Assembly: GCA_003427395.1 (NCBI GenBank)
Contig: BFEA01000012.1
Span: 5,734,016 to 5,798,015, forward strand
DNA: 64,000 bases
Direction of reading: 5' to 3'
From: Chara braunii
Taxonomy: Eukaryota > Plantae > Charophyceae
Shown one piece after another: positions 12,656 to 26,189 of this stretch (its first letter is position 1; every line of letters starts with the position of its first letter). The notes beneath the pieces were generated by a model. That model ran no database searches and was not told where the DNA came from. It saw only the letters and a program-made list of their open reading frames with translations. A program made the translations under genes and the position numbers.

Positions 12656-14575
12656 AATTTAATACCCCAAAACTATAGGCAACCCAAGCACGGGCTTAGC
12701 GCACTTCTGAGCCCAGGACTGCAGTGCAATGCACTCCAGACTAAAATCGACACAGCGAAACGTGTGAATGAATGACCCAAACATGCAACATGCTCAGATG
12801 GGCAGACCAAATGGCAGAAACAGGGGATAGAGATGTACCAAATACCAAACAAAGGACGGACACTTGTGAGGGAGGGGACGGGGGGAATGTGCCCCAATTG
12901 CATAACCATACAAATACATTGTGGCACAAATTTAGTGCAACCATTGGGTATGTGCAAATGACAACGATTGGCTTGATGAAAGTTGAGCACAAGACACACC
13001 ACTCTTTCTCTCCTCAAGAGGATTAGGGAGGGTTAGGGGATGCAGAGAACATACTGTGGTCCGCGGTTTATGCCATCGACTAGTGTCAGCGTCATTCCCC
13101 AGTCCAGTGTCTGCAGCATGCTCCGTGTAGCTACATGAACCACCGAGCTGATAGGCACCTTCTTCCCATGGCTTCTCTGAAGGTCCATCTTGTCAGACTT
13201 CCGAAGATTGGGCACCTCTCGCCACTACCCAGCCACTTTCCTGTGCTCTGCAGCCTCTCGACCTCCTCAGTACATTCCCACTGTCCAGCCAGCCACCTCA
13301 CTTATATCACATTGTTGACCAAAGAGGTGAAAGCTCGGCATCCACCACAATCACCTCGGAAAAGCAACGCATGAGGTTCTGTGTAGTGGGTAATGGGCAG
13401 TCAGACCTGCCAATGATTCCCACAAGTCCCACAGATCGAATCACCCTTGCAGAAAAGAAACAAAGAACACAGAAGCATTTAAGATGGCAGAATGCGCCGA
13501 CTACAGGTTGTTGATGAAGGGGAACCGATGGGCAGAACGTTCAGATCCATGGACAGCTGATAAACAAAATGCACAGTTTTACGGTGTGGTGGGCACCAGT
13601 AACAAAAGACATGTGATGCTTGGGTTGGGCCGTTGCATCCTTGCTCCCCACATCATAAGTGAGGGTTGACCTGCTCAACAGATGAACACCGGGAAAAGCC
13701 ATCCCAACGTTGGCCATTCATGGAGGACTCACATCAGCCAAGGCTGCACGTGCTACACGTGTTATATGTATGTGTATTCATGTACGTATCAGCCATACAG
13801 AAGGTAGCTGCAACAACATAATCAATACTTCACCACCATGAAACAAGAAACAGTCCCTCCTTGTTGATGGGTGTCTGCCCATCTCTGTTCATTTAAATCC
13901 ACCTGAGCTGTAGCACGTAAACAAAAACAAAGAAACCAACAACAGGTGCCACAAAATGAGCCTCAGTACAGGACTTTGAGTAATAAAGGAGGGTGAAGGG
14001 GATGGCGTTTAACCATTTAACGCCAACATTATGCTGAAGAATTAAAACTGCAAACTCTCAACCCACAATTACTATAGTGAAAGGATTTCACGTCTCAGTC
14101 AGGTCCCGTGTCCCAGTCCCAGCAGCTGATTTGTCCCAGTCCCATGTACTATAGCCGAACTGGCAGGCCCTGCGGCCGAAATGCCGATTCAGGCCCTAGG
14201 TCGTTAGATGTCTCAGGTCGCTAGGAGTCCGGTAGCTCGCTACTGACAAGAAAAGTTCAAGTCCCAGTCTAAAATAAGCAGCAGCATCGAGGGTAGGGCC
14301 CATTACTTCTGGGACTGGAACAATTGCGGCCAACTGGACTTGGGAGACCGTTACCAGTCTGGAGCTGACAAAGATTATCAATTGAAGTTGTGACTTACGC
14401 AACTACAGTACCTGGGCGACATAGCTGACAAGTCGTGGGAGCACTGTTGTCCGCTTGTGCGGCAGTTCGATGAGACTAGTCGGGCGAATTGGAGTAACTT
14501 GGAGCGAGACGCCATAGCCAGGACTAGCGATAGAGGACAAACAAAGTAGCCAAAGAATGAGAGCGCCGAGTGCAT

Positions 14576-14663
<88 letters not shown>

Positions 14664-14674
14664 GCAAGAGTGAA

Positions 14675-14760
14675 GGGGGGGAGGACATACCTGAGAGTGA
14701 GGTGTTAGCGGCCGTAGCCGCATGTATCTGAGTTCGGGGAATTGAACCATTTGGTAATTT
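14675..14760. repeat. ~80-bp direct repeat, second copy at 15541-15625
   Basis: gaggacatacctgagagtgaggtgtt..ggccgtagccgcatgtatctgagttcgggg is near-identical in both. Confidence 0.9.
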
Positions 14761-16118
14761 GGAATAATATCTTTGAGTTTCTGCCACATGTGGTTAACGG
14801 GGGACCCCTAGTTTCAGCTCCTGAGTAACAGGTCCAAAACTGAAATTAGGGTTTGGGGGTGAAATTTTATGNNTTTTNTTTTTTTTTTTTTGCCTGTTTT
14901 TGTCTTACTTCAAGGTTGTTGTGTACCAAATTTGGTTTCATTTGGAGCATTGGAATTTCCTCTGATAAGACCATTTCCAAAAACACTGAAAATTCTGAAA
15001 ATTCGCTGAATCCAAAATGTCATTCAAGTGCGCTTTTGCCTTACTGTTTCACCCTGTTTTTATTTTATTTTTGTGTTACCTCCGAGCCTATTTCGACAAG
15101 TTCTTGCCAGCTCCCAAACTTTCAGGAGGCCGAGCCCGCCGTTGATAAATCTGATCGGCGGCCATCATTTCGTTTCGGCCTCCCAGAAGGTCGGAGGCCG
15201 AGTATTTTCGAACCGACAAAGGTACTAGTGGTTTAATACTTCATTAATATGGTGTGCACTCTATGGAATGATGCATTTTTTGGTTAAAACGGGCTTCTGG
15301 TTTTCTTATAAATAGCACTCAAAAAATGCTGAGATTTTGGGTCTCCGTTAACCGCCTCTCGTCTCTGCTTATACATCTCTCGTTGATTTGCTATGTCAGC
15401 CGGGTGTGAGCTTTGGAAGCTTGTGTGATTGCAATGTCAGAGTCTAATGTAATCGGACCATTGCACTGATATCGAAACGTACTATTTGCATTGATGCTTG
15501 GCAAGGAGGCCAGCATTGAAGCACAAGAGAAGACAGCAAGGGGGGGGGAGAGGACATACCTGAGAGTGAGGTGTTGGCGGCCGTAGCCGCATGTATCTGA
15601 GTTCGGGGCAATTGAACAATTTGCTAGGAAGATTTTCATGACCTGCCGGTCTGGACCGGTCGGTCACCCGGGCGTGACACCAGGGGGGTCTGACGCCCAG
15701 GGGGGTCTGACGCCCAGGATACCCGGGCATGGGGAATGGGAGTAAAAAAAAAAAAACCTGGCGGTGGGGTTTTTCCACGCTCTCCGAGAGGAGCACAAAT
15801 CCAGGCTCTTTTCTTTTTTTGAGAGTTGGCTGTCAAGGGGGGGCAACGGGAGTATAAATAAATTTTGAAGGGGCTAAAGGGGTTTAAAGGGGGATGCCAT
15901 AGTGTTATTTAATTATTGAGGAATTATGATGTGACCCTCAGCCAAAAGTTGTTTATATTGCAATTGTACATAACATACTATCTTCTTTTTTTTTTTTGGA
16001 GGGGTTTTTTTTTTTTTGCGCTGGGGCTGCCCGGGCCCATGCCCGATCGCCAAACCGGGCGTGAAGTCGGTTAGTCAGATCATCGCACTGATATCAGAAT
16101 GCTCGGAAGGAGGCCAGC

Positions 16119-16327
16119 GTTGATTGAGGCTGGCGGGGGAATTCAGTTCTGGTAGTTTAGGGGAAGACTGAAAGGCCAAAGGAGAACAGGCTGAGGAGGG
16201 TGAACGAGGACAGCGAAGAACCACTGTTGATTGAGGCTGGCGGGGGAATTTAGTTGTGGTAGTTAGGGAAAGACTGAAAGGTCAAAGGAGAAGAGGCTAA
16301 GGAGGGTGAACGAGGACAGCGAAGAAA
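16119..16327. repeat. Tandem duplication of ~108 bp
   Basis: gttgattgaggctggcgggggaatt..gaacgaggacagcgaagaa occurs twice. Confidence 0.9.
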
Positions 16328-16399
16328 AAGCTTACCTGAAGATTCGCAAAGCGGCATCCAACATCATCAGGCGGAGGTGAAGTGCTCCCTAACATGAAG

Positions 16400-19300
16400 C
16401 CTTCTCAATTCTTGCAAATTGTTGTTGCTCATGGAAATTATTGGTCTTTTGCTTGGATACGAAGCTGCTAGTCAATTTTGTTGTTGTCGATTCTTGTTGA
16501 CATCAATTAGGTCTAGGCGAAAGAACACTTGTACACATAACCAATAGTGATAGCCTGTTGCAGCAAAGGACCTTTAGAAACCCTGTGTAGACCCTATCCC
16601 TGTTAGGTTGATCCTTTGAGCATAAGGCTTTGAGGGTAGGCCAAGTGGAGTGCATTGATTCTAGCTAAGTGTCAAGTATCCTAGGTCAATAGGCAGGTTG
16701 CATGAAGTAGACAGGTAGGGTCTGGGCTCTGCCACATGAGCACATAAAGTAGTTGCACGGACATTGAGTGCCAGACGCTCATTAAACAACCTGGCTAGCC
16801 CAACGACCGGTACTGACCAGCATGTAACAAACCCTGTGGCGTCTAAAAGAGACCAGTTGAGAGGGAGTGGGACTTGCCTCAAGTCATATCGTCTTGATTC
16901 CCTTGTTAAAGTATTCCTGAGGGCGTTGTTGATAGTCCTTAAATTGCTGGTTGGCTTGAAGGTGGTACCTGCAATATGTACTGACATGATAATCATTTCG
17001 TGAAGTCGAAGTTAATGGTCTCAAAAAGAGTAAGTTATGAGGCTCGAGTCTACGTGGTAGGAAAGAAGTGGAACGAAAGCTGGAATTTTGACCGGTTGTT
17101 CTACTTCTCACCACCATGGACAATGACTACTCATTCCTCAATTTCTTCGTGTTACGGGAACCACGACAACGAATAATTTTTGCCTTAAGCTTTTTGTACA
17201 AGTGTGGCATCCACACTACCACCTCGCTAGATGGGAAACAGGTGGATGGTCTGGGGGATCCAACGTATGATGGAAAGGAAGGAATTGCCAAAAACTTAGG
17301 ACTCTGAGGGGAAGGAAGGAATTGTCTAAAACAGGAAGGAGAGAAGAAAAAGGAAAAAGATGCAGGAGCAGAAGCCAAAGGGAAGGACAAGGTGGAGTCG
17401 AGCAAGCAACCGCCACCTCCATTCATGTCGAGTGAGGGAATGAAGTTTAAGAGGGCCTTCACAATGTCAGGACTAGGGCCCTCCACAACAAATGGAAGCT
17501 TACGGACGAGCCCTGCAAAGCATCATAGCAGACATGGAAGGAGAAGAGAATCGGCATGAGCGGAGAGAAAAAGAGAGAAAGAAAGCACCGCAAGCTTTGG
17601 AGCAAACAAAGAGGGAGACAAAGAAGACAGAGCAGCCCTGATCGATGTTGTGAAAGCACAGATGAAGCGGGAAACTAACCCCGATATCTCCTTGCTACCT
17701 AAACTAGCCCTCCACTCCTCTAACAAGACCGCTGCAATCCGTCTATTAATAGAGCAGATTCTTAAGCAGCGGGATAAAAGGATAATCAAATGGAATTATA
17801 TGCTTTCCCATACGTATTTGATATGGTCCACCACACCTGTCATGACTATACGCTCTGAATTCATAACCATATCAAGGAGCTTGGCCAAAGAAAGGGGAAG
17901 GACCTTGACGTAGGAGATGATGGAGATGATGATGATGACGGTGATGAAGGTTGAAAGGGAAGTAAGGCAAGTAAGGGAAGGATATTGAGGTGGATGAAAG
18001 CCTCAGGGATGAGATTAAGGTGAAACTGGCCCCCCACGTACCATGGTAAAAGGGATGAGAACATCAATCAGTGGGATCCTCAATTGGGACTTGGTTGTAT
18101 TCGTAGAAGATAGACTACCACCACTTGATGGTGTTCATGGCGGTGTCGTGCTTGGAAGGAGGGGCATGAATTGGGCAATAGTGCAAGTTGTGAAAGGGAC
18201 ATGGTGAGGTGCTCTCAAATGATGGGCATAAATGTGTTCCTACAGAGACTATTTGACCGTTTCGAGGATAAGAACAAGGTAGTTGTAGCAGCCCGCAGGG
18301 GAGGGTGAGGAGAAGGCCAAGGTTTAAGTGGTTGGGCTGGGAGCAGAGGAGGGCAAATCGCTATCCAACAAGGTGGAGGACGTTACGACCCCCCTCAAGG
18401 AGGCAAAGGCAGCTTCCACCTACAAGGTGGAAGAGGTGGGAACAACTATGTTCTCGCCAACAACGAATGGGTGTGAAGGCTTTCCCACCTCATGGTCCAA
18501 GAGGGTACCCGTCGAATCCAAGAAGAGAAGAGGGACAGCCTTGAAAAGCACTTAAGATGCCACAGGCCTAGTAGACGAAGAGGAGAGATGACAAAAGATG
18601 TTCTAAGTGGGGATACGGGTCACGTCATCCCTTTTTGCCCATAATTGCGATAGCCAATAAAAAGGGACGACCAATAGAAGTAGCAGCTATTTCTACCGGA
18701 CTGTAAGTTTTGGTAGACAGATACAGGCGCATGCAAAAAAGACACACTCCTGCTCACAATCGATGATTGTAGAAGTTGATGTAGGCACCCACATAGGTAG
18801 CTGTCCGGAGGCTGCTTGTGCTAGGGTCTCTCTAGCTAAATCCCTTGCACGCATAGTCGAAGAACTGATCACTAGTTGCCAAGCTTGGGCTAAAATGAAA
18901 AAAGGAGAACGAGGGCAGATAATTCTGGAAGATATAGAAGTGAATAGATGTGTTAATACACAGTGGATCGACTCGTCAGGAACAATGTTGACAGCAGCTC
19001 AAAAGCCAGAACACGTCATGACTTAGTGCAACACGACCAGCAAAGCAGCGAGAAGGAAAAGGAAGAGGAGCGAACGGGAGAAAAAGAAAGTGGAAGAGGT
19101 GGGAGTGGAGAAGGAAGAGGAGATGGAAGAGCAGAAGGAAGAGAAGACAGAAGAAGAGCAAGAAGAGGAGGTGAATCCCATGAAATGCAGAGCGACAAAG
19201 GAGGAAGAGCACAAAGACAAGGAGACGGCGAGAACAGGATATCACATACCAAAGACGATGAAGAGGAGGAAGCAATAGCGGTAGCGGCAATGGACGAGAA

Positions 19301-19700
19301 GGACGAGCTAAATACATCCATTGTATAAACCATGAACACTAGAAGAGTCTTACTATGGATGAGGACATCCAAGCAAATGATAATGGTGGGACTGGTGCAC
19401 AAATCCTTAATCATTTTGTCTCAGCTTGCCTAATGCCCTAAGATCCCAACGGCATGCCAAGGCCAATGAGCCAGGGCAGACCTGCGAAGCATTCTACGAA
19501 TGCGTTAGGGAAGTTCCTAAAGCAAGCAAACTACCAATGCTATCAGGACTTAGAGAAGGGAAAGAATTTGTCAGGACAAACTATTTTGGGTAATAATCAA
19601 GGAAAAGACAGTCAATTAGTTACCTTCGAGGAGGGAGGGGAAAAGGAACTCCCCCTGACCAGACCGATTAAGTGGAGGAGAACAGCCAAGTACATGAAGA
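16400..19700 (-). mobile_element. Highly decayed L1-type LINE ORF2 (RT + zf-RVT)
   Basis: Minus-strand remnants lie in the expected order: ..KMIKDLCTSPT (~19400), RT domain 4-like (~18950), DDVT (~18625), C-terminal TLCAH..C..DT zinc-binding region (~16750). Interrupted by purine-rich tracts. Confidence 0.55.
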
Positions 19701-20556
19701 GGATACCGTGATCTGTAGACGGAGAGGGTAGCACGGGGACGAAGAGAAAGGATAGGAAGAGAACATGAGGGGGAGGAGAAGGAAGAGGAGGTTAGAACAG
19801 GCGAAAGAGGAGCACATGGACGAAGAGGAAGAGGAGGAGGAGGGAGCAAAGGAGTAAGAGGATGATTAAGAAACCTTCTTCGGAATAAAGAAGAAGAAGC
19901 AGAGAAGGGAAACGAGATAAGTTAACTACTATGTTACAGAAGGACACTGCACTGGTTCCAATGCCATGATGTAACGCCATACTCGCACTGTAGGACCCAT
20001 TACTGAATCTAATCGCATTTACGATCAGATTGAGTCGATAAAGTACTAGTGCGAGTATGCCCTACGCCAACTACAACACATGGCAGGAGGAAGGCGGAAA
20101 ACTTGGCAGCTATAGATGATTGACCCAGTGAAAGGGTAACAGACACTGACAGGAATCACACTAATCCAACAGGTATACCATTGCCAAACAAGAAGAGGGA
20201 CCGCACTCATCCGTAACAATGCAGAAATAATAACGAAATTAAGAATTATCTACGTCGCATTTCTTTTTTCACCATTGCGTACATCGAAAAGACTTGTCAT
20301 CACCTGTGAAAGTACGTGTAATGCCAAGATCCCACTCCATTGCATACATCCGAGAGCCCGGCAAAGGAGAACAGGCGGGCGAAAAACAGTTTTCACACCT
20401 CCCCAACACAAACTACTGATCTTTCTTTACTAGCAATCACAGACTCCACGATAGGACAGCTTCTTTATCAATACAATCACAAATTCACAGCAATGCTACA
20501 CACGCCTTGACAGTTGTTGAAAGTCGTCCACAAACTTTTTTATTCTTATTTCTTTA

Positions 20557-20942
20557 GGGAAAATTCTCAAAATACCCCTCCGACTTCCATTTATTTGCGG
20601 TATGCCCCTCCAACAGCCAACTTACCCTGTCGTGCCCCTGGGGCCTCTGAAGTTTCCTGCAGGCCTCTATCAGTGAGGGGTGCAACTTTCCAGCATGCCC
20701 CTGTGACCGTTGCTGGCACGCGTGGCCGTTCCCCTAGCGCTGGGAGGGGAGCTACCGGGGCATACTGGAAATTTGGAACGGGTACCGCTAGGGGCATATT
20801 GAACATATTTCAGGCCCAAACGATGTCAGGGCTTCTTCGAAAATTTCAGTCGTTGTCAGAGGGGCGTGACAAGGTAAGTCAGCCGTCATAGGGGCATACC
20901 GCAAAGAAATGGCAATCAGAGGGGCATTTTGGAAATTTTCCC
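20557..20942. mobile_element. Mutator-like MITE with long TIRs
   Basis: TIR gggaaaattctcaaaatacccctc..tttgcggtatgcccct vs aggggcataccgcaaa..gaggggcattttggaaattttccc; 9-bp flanks atttcttta / agttcttca (7/9 identical). Confidence 0.88.
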
Positions 20943-21649
20943 AGTTCTTCATTACATTTTTTAAACAACGTAATAATGCTCCATGTCCTTGGCAAAGACC
21001 GGGCAAGAGGTCCCTCCAACGTGGATTCCTTGTTCGACGCGGGGAACTGCGATGGACTCACCTGCGCAAAAGGATTTTGAATTCTGCTACCCTACGAGAT
21101 ACATGAACCACTATGCGAGCACACACGCTGATGAGGTTGAGAGCATGAGCTTCGATGAGATACAAACAGGGCAGGAGGGAGGGGGACATAATAATTTTTC
21201 ATTGAATCTACACGGAATTACCGAGCAGCTGTGTAGGAAGGAGGCTAGACCCTAGACCATCAACGTTCTGCAGGGTGCAAGACGGGGTACTTATCAATCT
21301 GTAAGGCAATAATCTACTATAACCCAAGATAGTTGTGCAGGTTTTAACTACAGGGTATCTGTGCAGGTTTCACCCTAAGGTAGATAACCAGGGTGGTTGA
21401 GCAGGCGTAGCAGACCCAATGCCCTGCAAGCAACAACTCAGGGCATTTATTGGAATCGATGACCGTGAAGAAGTACATGGCTCAGGCCACGGGCATACTC
21501 ACATTTGGACTGTTTGGACCGAACCTGGCATTCATTATGCTTAGATGCAGATGTAAAAGTGTGACTGTGAGTATGCAGTACCTCGTGTAAAGTGCAAAAA
21601 AACTTATCTCATGTTGAATCGACACATCCTCTCCATCCAACTATGGCAT

Positions 21650-21890
21650 TCTACCTATATCTGTCTACATCTATCTATCTATCTATATGTCAATTAATTC
21701 AAATATTTATCTATCAATCTACGTACCTACCAATCTATCTTTCTAAATATCTAAACATCTACCTATCTACCAATTACCTGTCTACCTATCTGTCAATCAA
21801 TCTATCTATCTACCTATCTATCCACGTCCTATCTACGTATCTATCTCCCTATTATCTATCTATGCATACATATAATCTAACCTATCCACA
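21650..21890. repeat. Degenerate (TCTA)n microsatellite
   Basis: Direct reading. Confidence 0.9.
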
Positions 21891-21989
21891 TATTCTCTAT
21901 GTATTGGCACTTAACAAGTTTATTGGCACTTAACACGTAAAACTATCTACCAAATTCAATCCACATTGTCATGCTAATTGTCCTCCACA

Positions 21990-22520
21990 CATATCATCTC
22001 TATATGTTCCTTACAGCATCCACCCAACACGGATTCCACACATACTAGATGTATGACACATCATCTATTTTCCCACGCTTTATCAATCTGTCTATCCACA
22101 CCTAACATTCAGTTTCTCTACAATTATCATGCTCTGTCCTCCACTGATACGCTCTCTCTATATTCCTTGCACACCTACTAAATGTACTACATGCCATCTA
22201 CTTCCCCACGCTTTATCAATCTGTCTATCCACACCTAACATTCAGTTAGTCTATAAGAATGTGGGGATCAGTCACCCTGAGAAACCCTGCCAAGGACAGT
22301 TGTTCAGCGATACCCCGCATGGTCGCTCAATATATTCCTTGCAACATCCATCCAACACCGATTCCACACATACTAGATGTACCAGATGCCATCTATTTTT
22401 CCACGGTTTATCAATGTCTATCCACACCTAACATTCAGTTTCTCTACAAGAATGTACGGATCGGTTACCCTGAGAAACATTGCCAAGGACGGCTGTTCAG
22501 CAATACCCCGCATGGTCCCC
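21990..22520. repeat. Three-copy imperfect tandem repeat
   Basis: tttatcaat..tctatccacacctaacattcagtt occurs at ~22080, ~22212 and ~22408. Confidence 0.85.
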
Positions 22521-22552
22521 AGTGCGCTAGTCCCTATGCGACCGATCGACTA

Positions 22553-23526
22553 CCGTCTTCCCCCGAACATAACGCATATGAGTTGTATTCAAAGTTTTCC
22601 AAAAAAACAGGTTTTTGGAAAGTTAGACCCTTTTCTTTGAATACAAGGGCACTTCAGATATAACGCATATGTGCTCTATTGGAATAATACGCATATGCAT
22701 TATATTTGAATTTCACGAAGAGAAAATAGTTGTATCCGAATACAACCTTCCCCTCCCCTCTCCCCCCCCCCAAGGTCAACCCCTGCTCCGTTCNNNNNNN
22801 NNNNNNNNNNNNNNNNNNNNNNNNNNNNNNNNNNNNNNNNNNNNNNNNNNNNNNNNNNNNNNNNNNNNNNNNNNNNNNNNNNNNNNNNNNNNNNNNNNNN
22901 NNNNNNNNNNNNNNNNNNNNNNNNNNNNNNNNNNNNNNNNNNNNNNNNNNNNNNNNNNNNNNNNNNNNNNNNNNNNNNNNNNNNNNNNNNNNNNNNNNNN
23001 NNNNNNNNNNNNNNNNNNNNNNNNNNNNNNNNNNNNNNNNNNNNNNNNNNNNNNNNNNNNNNNNNNNNNNNNNNNNNNNNNNNNNNNNNNNNNNNNNNNN
23101 NNNACAGCCAAGAAAGTGGCGCTTCTGACAGCCAAGAATGTGGTGCGGCCAAGAAAGTGGAAAAATAAGAAAGCCACTCACCAAGGTCTCTCTGCACTAC
23201 CGTGGTCATCGAGACAAAAAGGAAACGGGTTGTAAACGGGTTGTATTTGTCCACGTTCTAGTGGAAGATTCATTCACATTTGCACATTTGTTGAGGAGTG
23301 GAGCAAGGGCCCAAGTACGGGAAAGGAATGAAACTCAACCCAGAACATAGAAAGGTACGTCGTTACTTTACTTTTACCTTTTTGCCAAGGCTTTGAGGCC
23401 CCCAGACGTGGTCCAGAACTGAGCCTACTCAGCCTGGTCTCGTTCACTTGAACATACCACAAACGAACGCACCGTATGCATTCTATTTGTTTACAAGGCA
23501 TATGCCTTATGTACGGGGGAAGACGG
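22553..23526. mobile_element. Tc1/mariner (Tc2/pogo-like) non-autonomous element with TA TSD
   Basis: TA|ccgtcttcccccgaacataacgcatatg ... catatgccttatgtacgggggaagacgg|TA; interrupts a ~31-bp minisatellite; contains a gap and a nested MITE. Confidence 0.85.
23184..23312 (+). mobile_element. Tourist-like MITE copy nested in the Tc1/mariner element
   Basis: ggtctctctgcactac..gttctagtggaagattcattcacatttgcacattt..gagtggagcaagggccc. Confidence 0.75.
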
Positions 23527-23611
23527 TAGTACACTAGTCCCAATGCGACCCATTTACTAGTGCTCTACCCCCATGCGACCGATCTACTAGTGCGCTAGTC
23601 CCGATGCTACC

Positions 23612-23722
23612 TATCGATCTTCCCCCGACCTCTGCACCATGATCATGAATGTATAAGGGCGATCTTTCCGGTCCGATACAGTCATGATGAGGGTGCGCTG
23701 TGTTCGGGGGAAGAGGGGCAGC
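23612..23722. mobile_element. Short (~110 bp) Tc1/mariner MITE, decayed
   Basis: tcttcccccga..tccggtccgatacagtcat..tgcgctgtgttcgggggaaga; same family as 26190, 27302 and 27788. Confidence 0.7.
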
Positions 23723-25696
23723 AGGTTCCACAGGCAATCTTTCCGGTTCGGTACACAGCCGTCATCCGCCCGCAGGCGATCAGGTTCCTTTACAAAAGAC
23801 TTGTCGAATTTCTTATATAGAACTACGCACATGAAAGGGGTACTCGAGGAGGACAAAACGGCAGGGTGGGGTGGGTGGGGTGGGGTGGGTTGATCTCATG
23901 GGCTTCGCTGCCCACGACAAGGCAGAGAAAAGCGGGAAGGGTAGAAAAGAGAGGAGAGTGAGTAAACGACAGCGAGGACAAAAGGCAAATTGGAAATTTA
24001 GACACAAAAGAGTAGAAGCAGGAGGAAAAAGGAGGCGCACAAAAAATAGACACCCATATCGACATACTCCATACGTACGTTACACCTTATCTGATCGGTT
24101 GTAACGCCCACACGCACACACATATACAGGCAGAAATGACTAGAAATCGGGAAAAAAAAAGAAACCGAGCAATTCTGAGGAGGTGAAGGAGAGAACAGGA
24201 CAGGCGGATTGCCAGGGGAGAGAGCGCATCTCTGAAGACCAGGTAACGCACCAAATGTTGCAAAAAAAAAAAAAAAAAAAAAAGAGACAAGAGAAAAGGC
24301 GGCCAAGGTTTTGTGACGGATGCGCGCGAACCATAGGAAGAGAGGAGGAGGTAATCCAGCAAGGACCAATCGAATGGCAATTGAGGAATGGACGAAGGTT
24401 AGCCTTCAACTCGGACAGTCCGGACAGCCGTTCAAGAAAGGCAACGGGGTTGTGACGACATGGCAGAGACGAAGGAGAAAGCGATGGAGGTGGTGACGAC
24501 ATGGCAGAGACGAAGGAGAAAGCGATGGCGAGATCAGCGGAGAAGAGAATAGAGAAGAAAACACAAAGGTTGCCATGGTCTTCGACGCTAACAAGATCAG
24601 GCCACGTGGCAGGCGACACAATAGGCCAAACGAGGCGTGACAAACCAATTCGAGAGCTATAAAACCCGTAGCCGATATGCGAAAGCTACTAGATGCCAAC
24701 ACCGTACAACCCCATAAGGAAGGAGAGAGGGGGGGGGGCAGGGCGGCGGCAGGCGCACGAGCGGAGGGGGGCTTTTGGGGGAGAGGAGGGGACCATTCTG
24801 GGTTCAAGGACGCATAACATCGCAGGTGAAGGATAGGGAGGACAGCATTTCAAGAAAAAAAAGAAGATAGGGAGGGAGAGAGAGAGAGAGAGAGAGAGAG
24901 CGAGGCTAACAAGAGGATGGGGAGGCAAGCAAATTTAGTTCTCGTGTAGTGAGCGGAAAAGACAGGCAGAATCTGGCCGTAATTGCGGTCAAATACTTTA
25001 CAGAAAAGGCGAGAGAGGGAGATGGAGGGCCAATCGGAGGAGGAGGAAGGAGAACTGGCAGAACCGGTCAAGGGAGGAGGGATACATAAGATCGATGTGC
25101 GAGTGGGGAGGGGATATCTTCGGGCCACGTGAGGAGGATTAGGCGAGGTCCCATACTTTGCAGAAAAGCTCCCAGTTTGAGTTGAGCAGGCGCTCAGACA
25201 GGGGAACGTCAGACGAGGCGAAAAATGAGTCGTCGAAGACAAGAACGTGACGGTTTGCAGAGAGTCTATTTTTAACAGTAATAAGTGTGCAGCCTTCAAC
25301 GTTAATGTATATATATATTATATATATCGTCACAGAAATATCAGAGCGCAAAAGCGAAAAAGACACAAGAAAAACAAGAAAAAAATCAATTCGTTTCTTA
25401 TCTTCTTACTCTATATATATTTGACTATATATCGTTGTCACAGAAGTATTGACTAAGAGCGTAAGCACGTGAAGTAGAAGAACAAATAAGATGAGCGAAG
25501 AAAAGAAAAATGAAAGGACAAACAGGCAAAGAGACAGACAAACCAGAATGACACAAAACAGTGTCCTCTTATTCTTTGTTTCACAGTATTATTATTTCTT
25601 TCAGTGTTTTACATTTAAAAAAAAATAATTACACTGAATCAAAGGATAAAAATCAAAAACAAAGACACATTGAAATCATTCAGTTTCTCAGTCTTC

Positions 25697-25835
25697 TTAT
25701 ATATATCGTCACAAATAGACCTGCCCGGTAAACCGTAGGCAGAGAGAGAGAAGAGGACAACAAACGAGGGGCTGTGACAAACTGTTTCGTCGGAGTTTCA
25801 CCGACTCATCAGGAGGCTGAACCCTCAACAGTCTG
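25697..25835 (-). mobile_element. Short (TA)n-associated repeat carrying a hammerhead ribozyme (truncated by gap)
   Basis: Reverse-complement match to 39779-39915, including the terminal tttgtgacgatatatat. Confidence 0.85.
25778..25835 (-). ncRNA. Type III hammerhead ribozyme, intact core
   Basis: CAGACUGU-U-GAGG(GUUCAG)CCUC-CUGAUGA-GUCGG(UGAAACU)CCGAC-GAA-ACAGUUUG: all three stems pair, the CUGANGA and GAAA core is complete, and the cleavage triplet is GUU. Confidence 0.88.
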
Positions 25836-26189
25836 NNNNNNNNNNNNNNNNNNNNNNNNNNNNNNNNNNNNNNNNNNNNNNNNNNNNNNNNNNNNNNNNN
25901 NNNNNNNNNNNNNNNNNNNNNNNNNNNNNNNNNNNNNNNNNNNNNNNNNNNNNNNNNNNNNNNNNNNNNNNNNNNNNNNNNNNNNNNNNNNNNNNNNNNN
26001 NNNNNNNNNNNNNNNNNNNNNNNNNNNNNNNNNNNNNNNNNNNNNNNNNNNNNNNNNNNNNNNNNNNNNNNNNNNNNNNNNNNNNNNNNNNNNNNNNNNN
26101 NNNNNNNNNNNNNNNNNNNNNNNNNNNNNNNNNNNNNNNNNNNNNNGGGGGGAGGGGGGAGGGAAGAGGGAAGAGGGAAGAGGCAACTA

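Noticed and set aside
21050-21560. Possible MULE SWIM-finger remnant (..PMPCKQQLRAF)
   Set aside because: One short motif amid stops; not enough to support a call.
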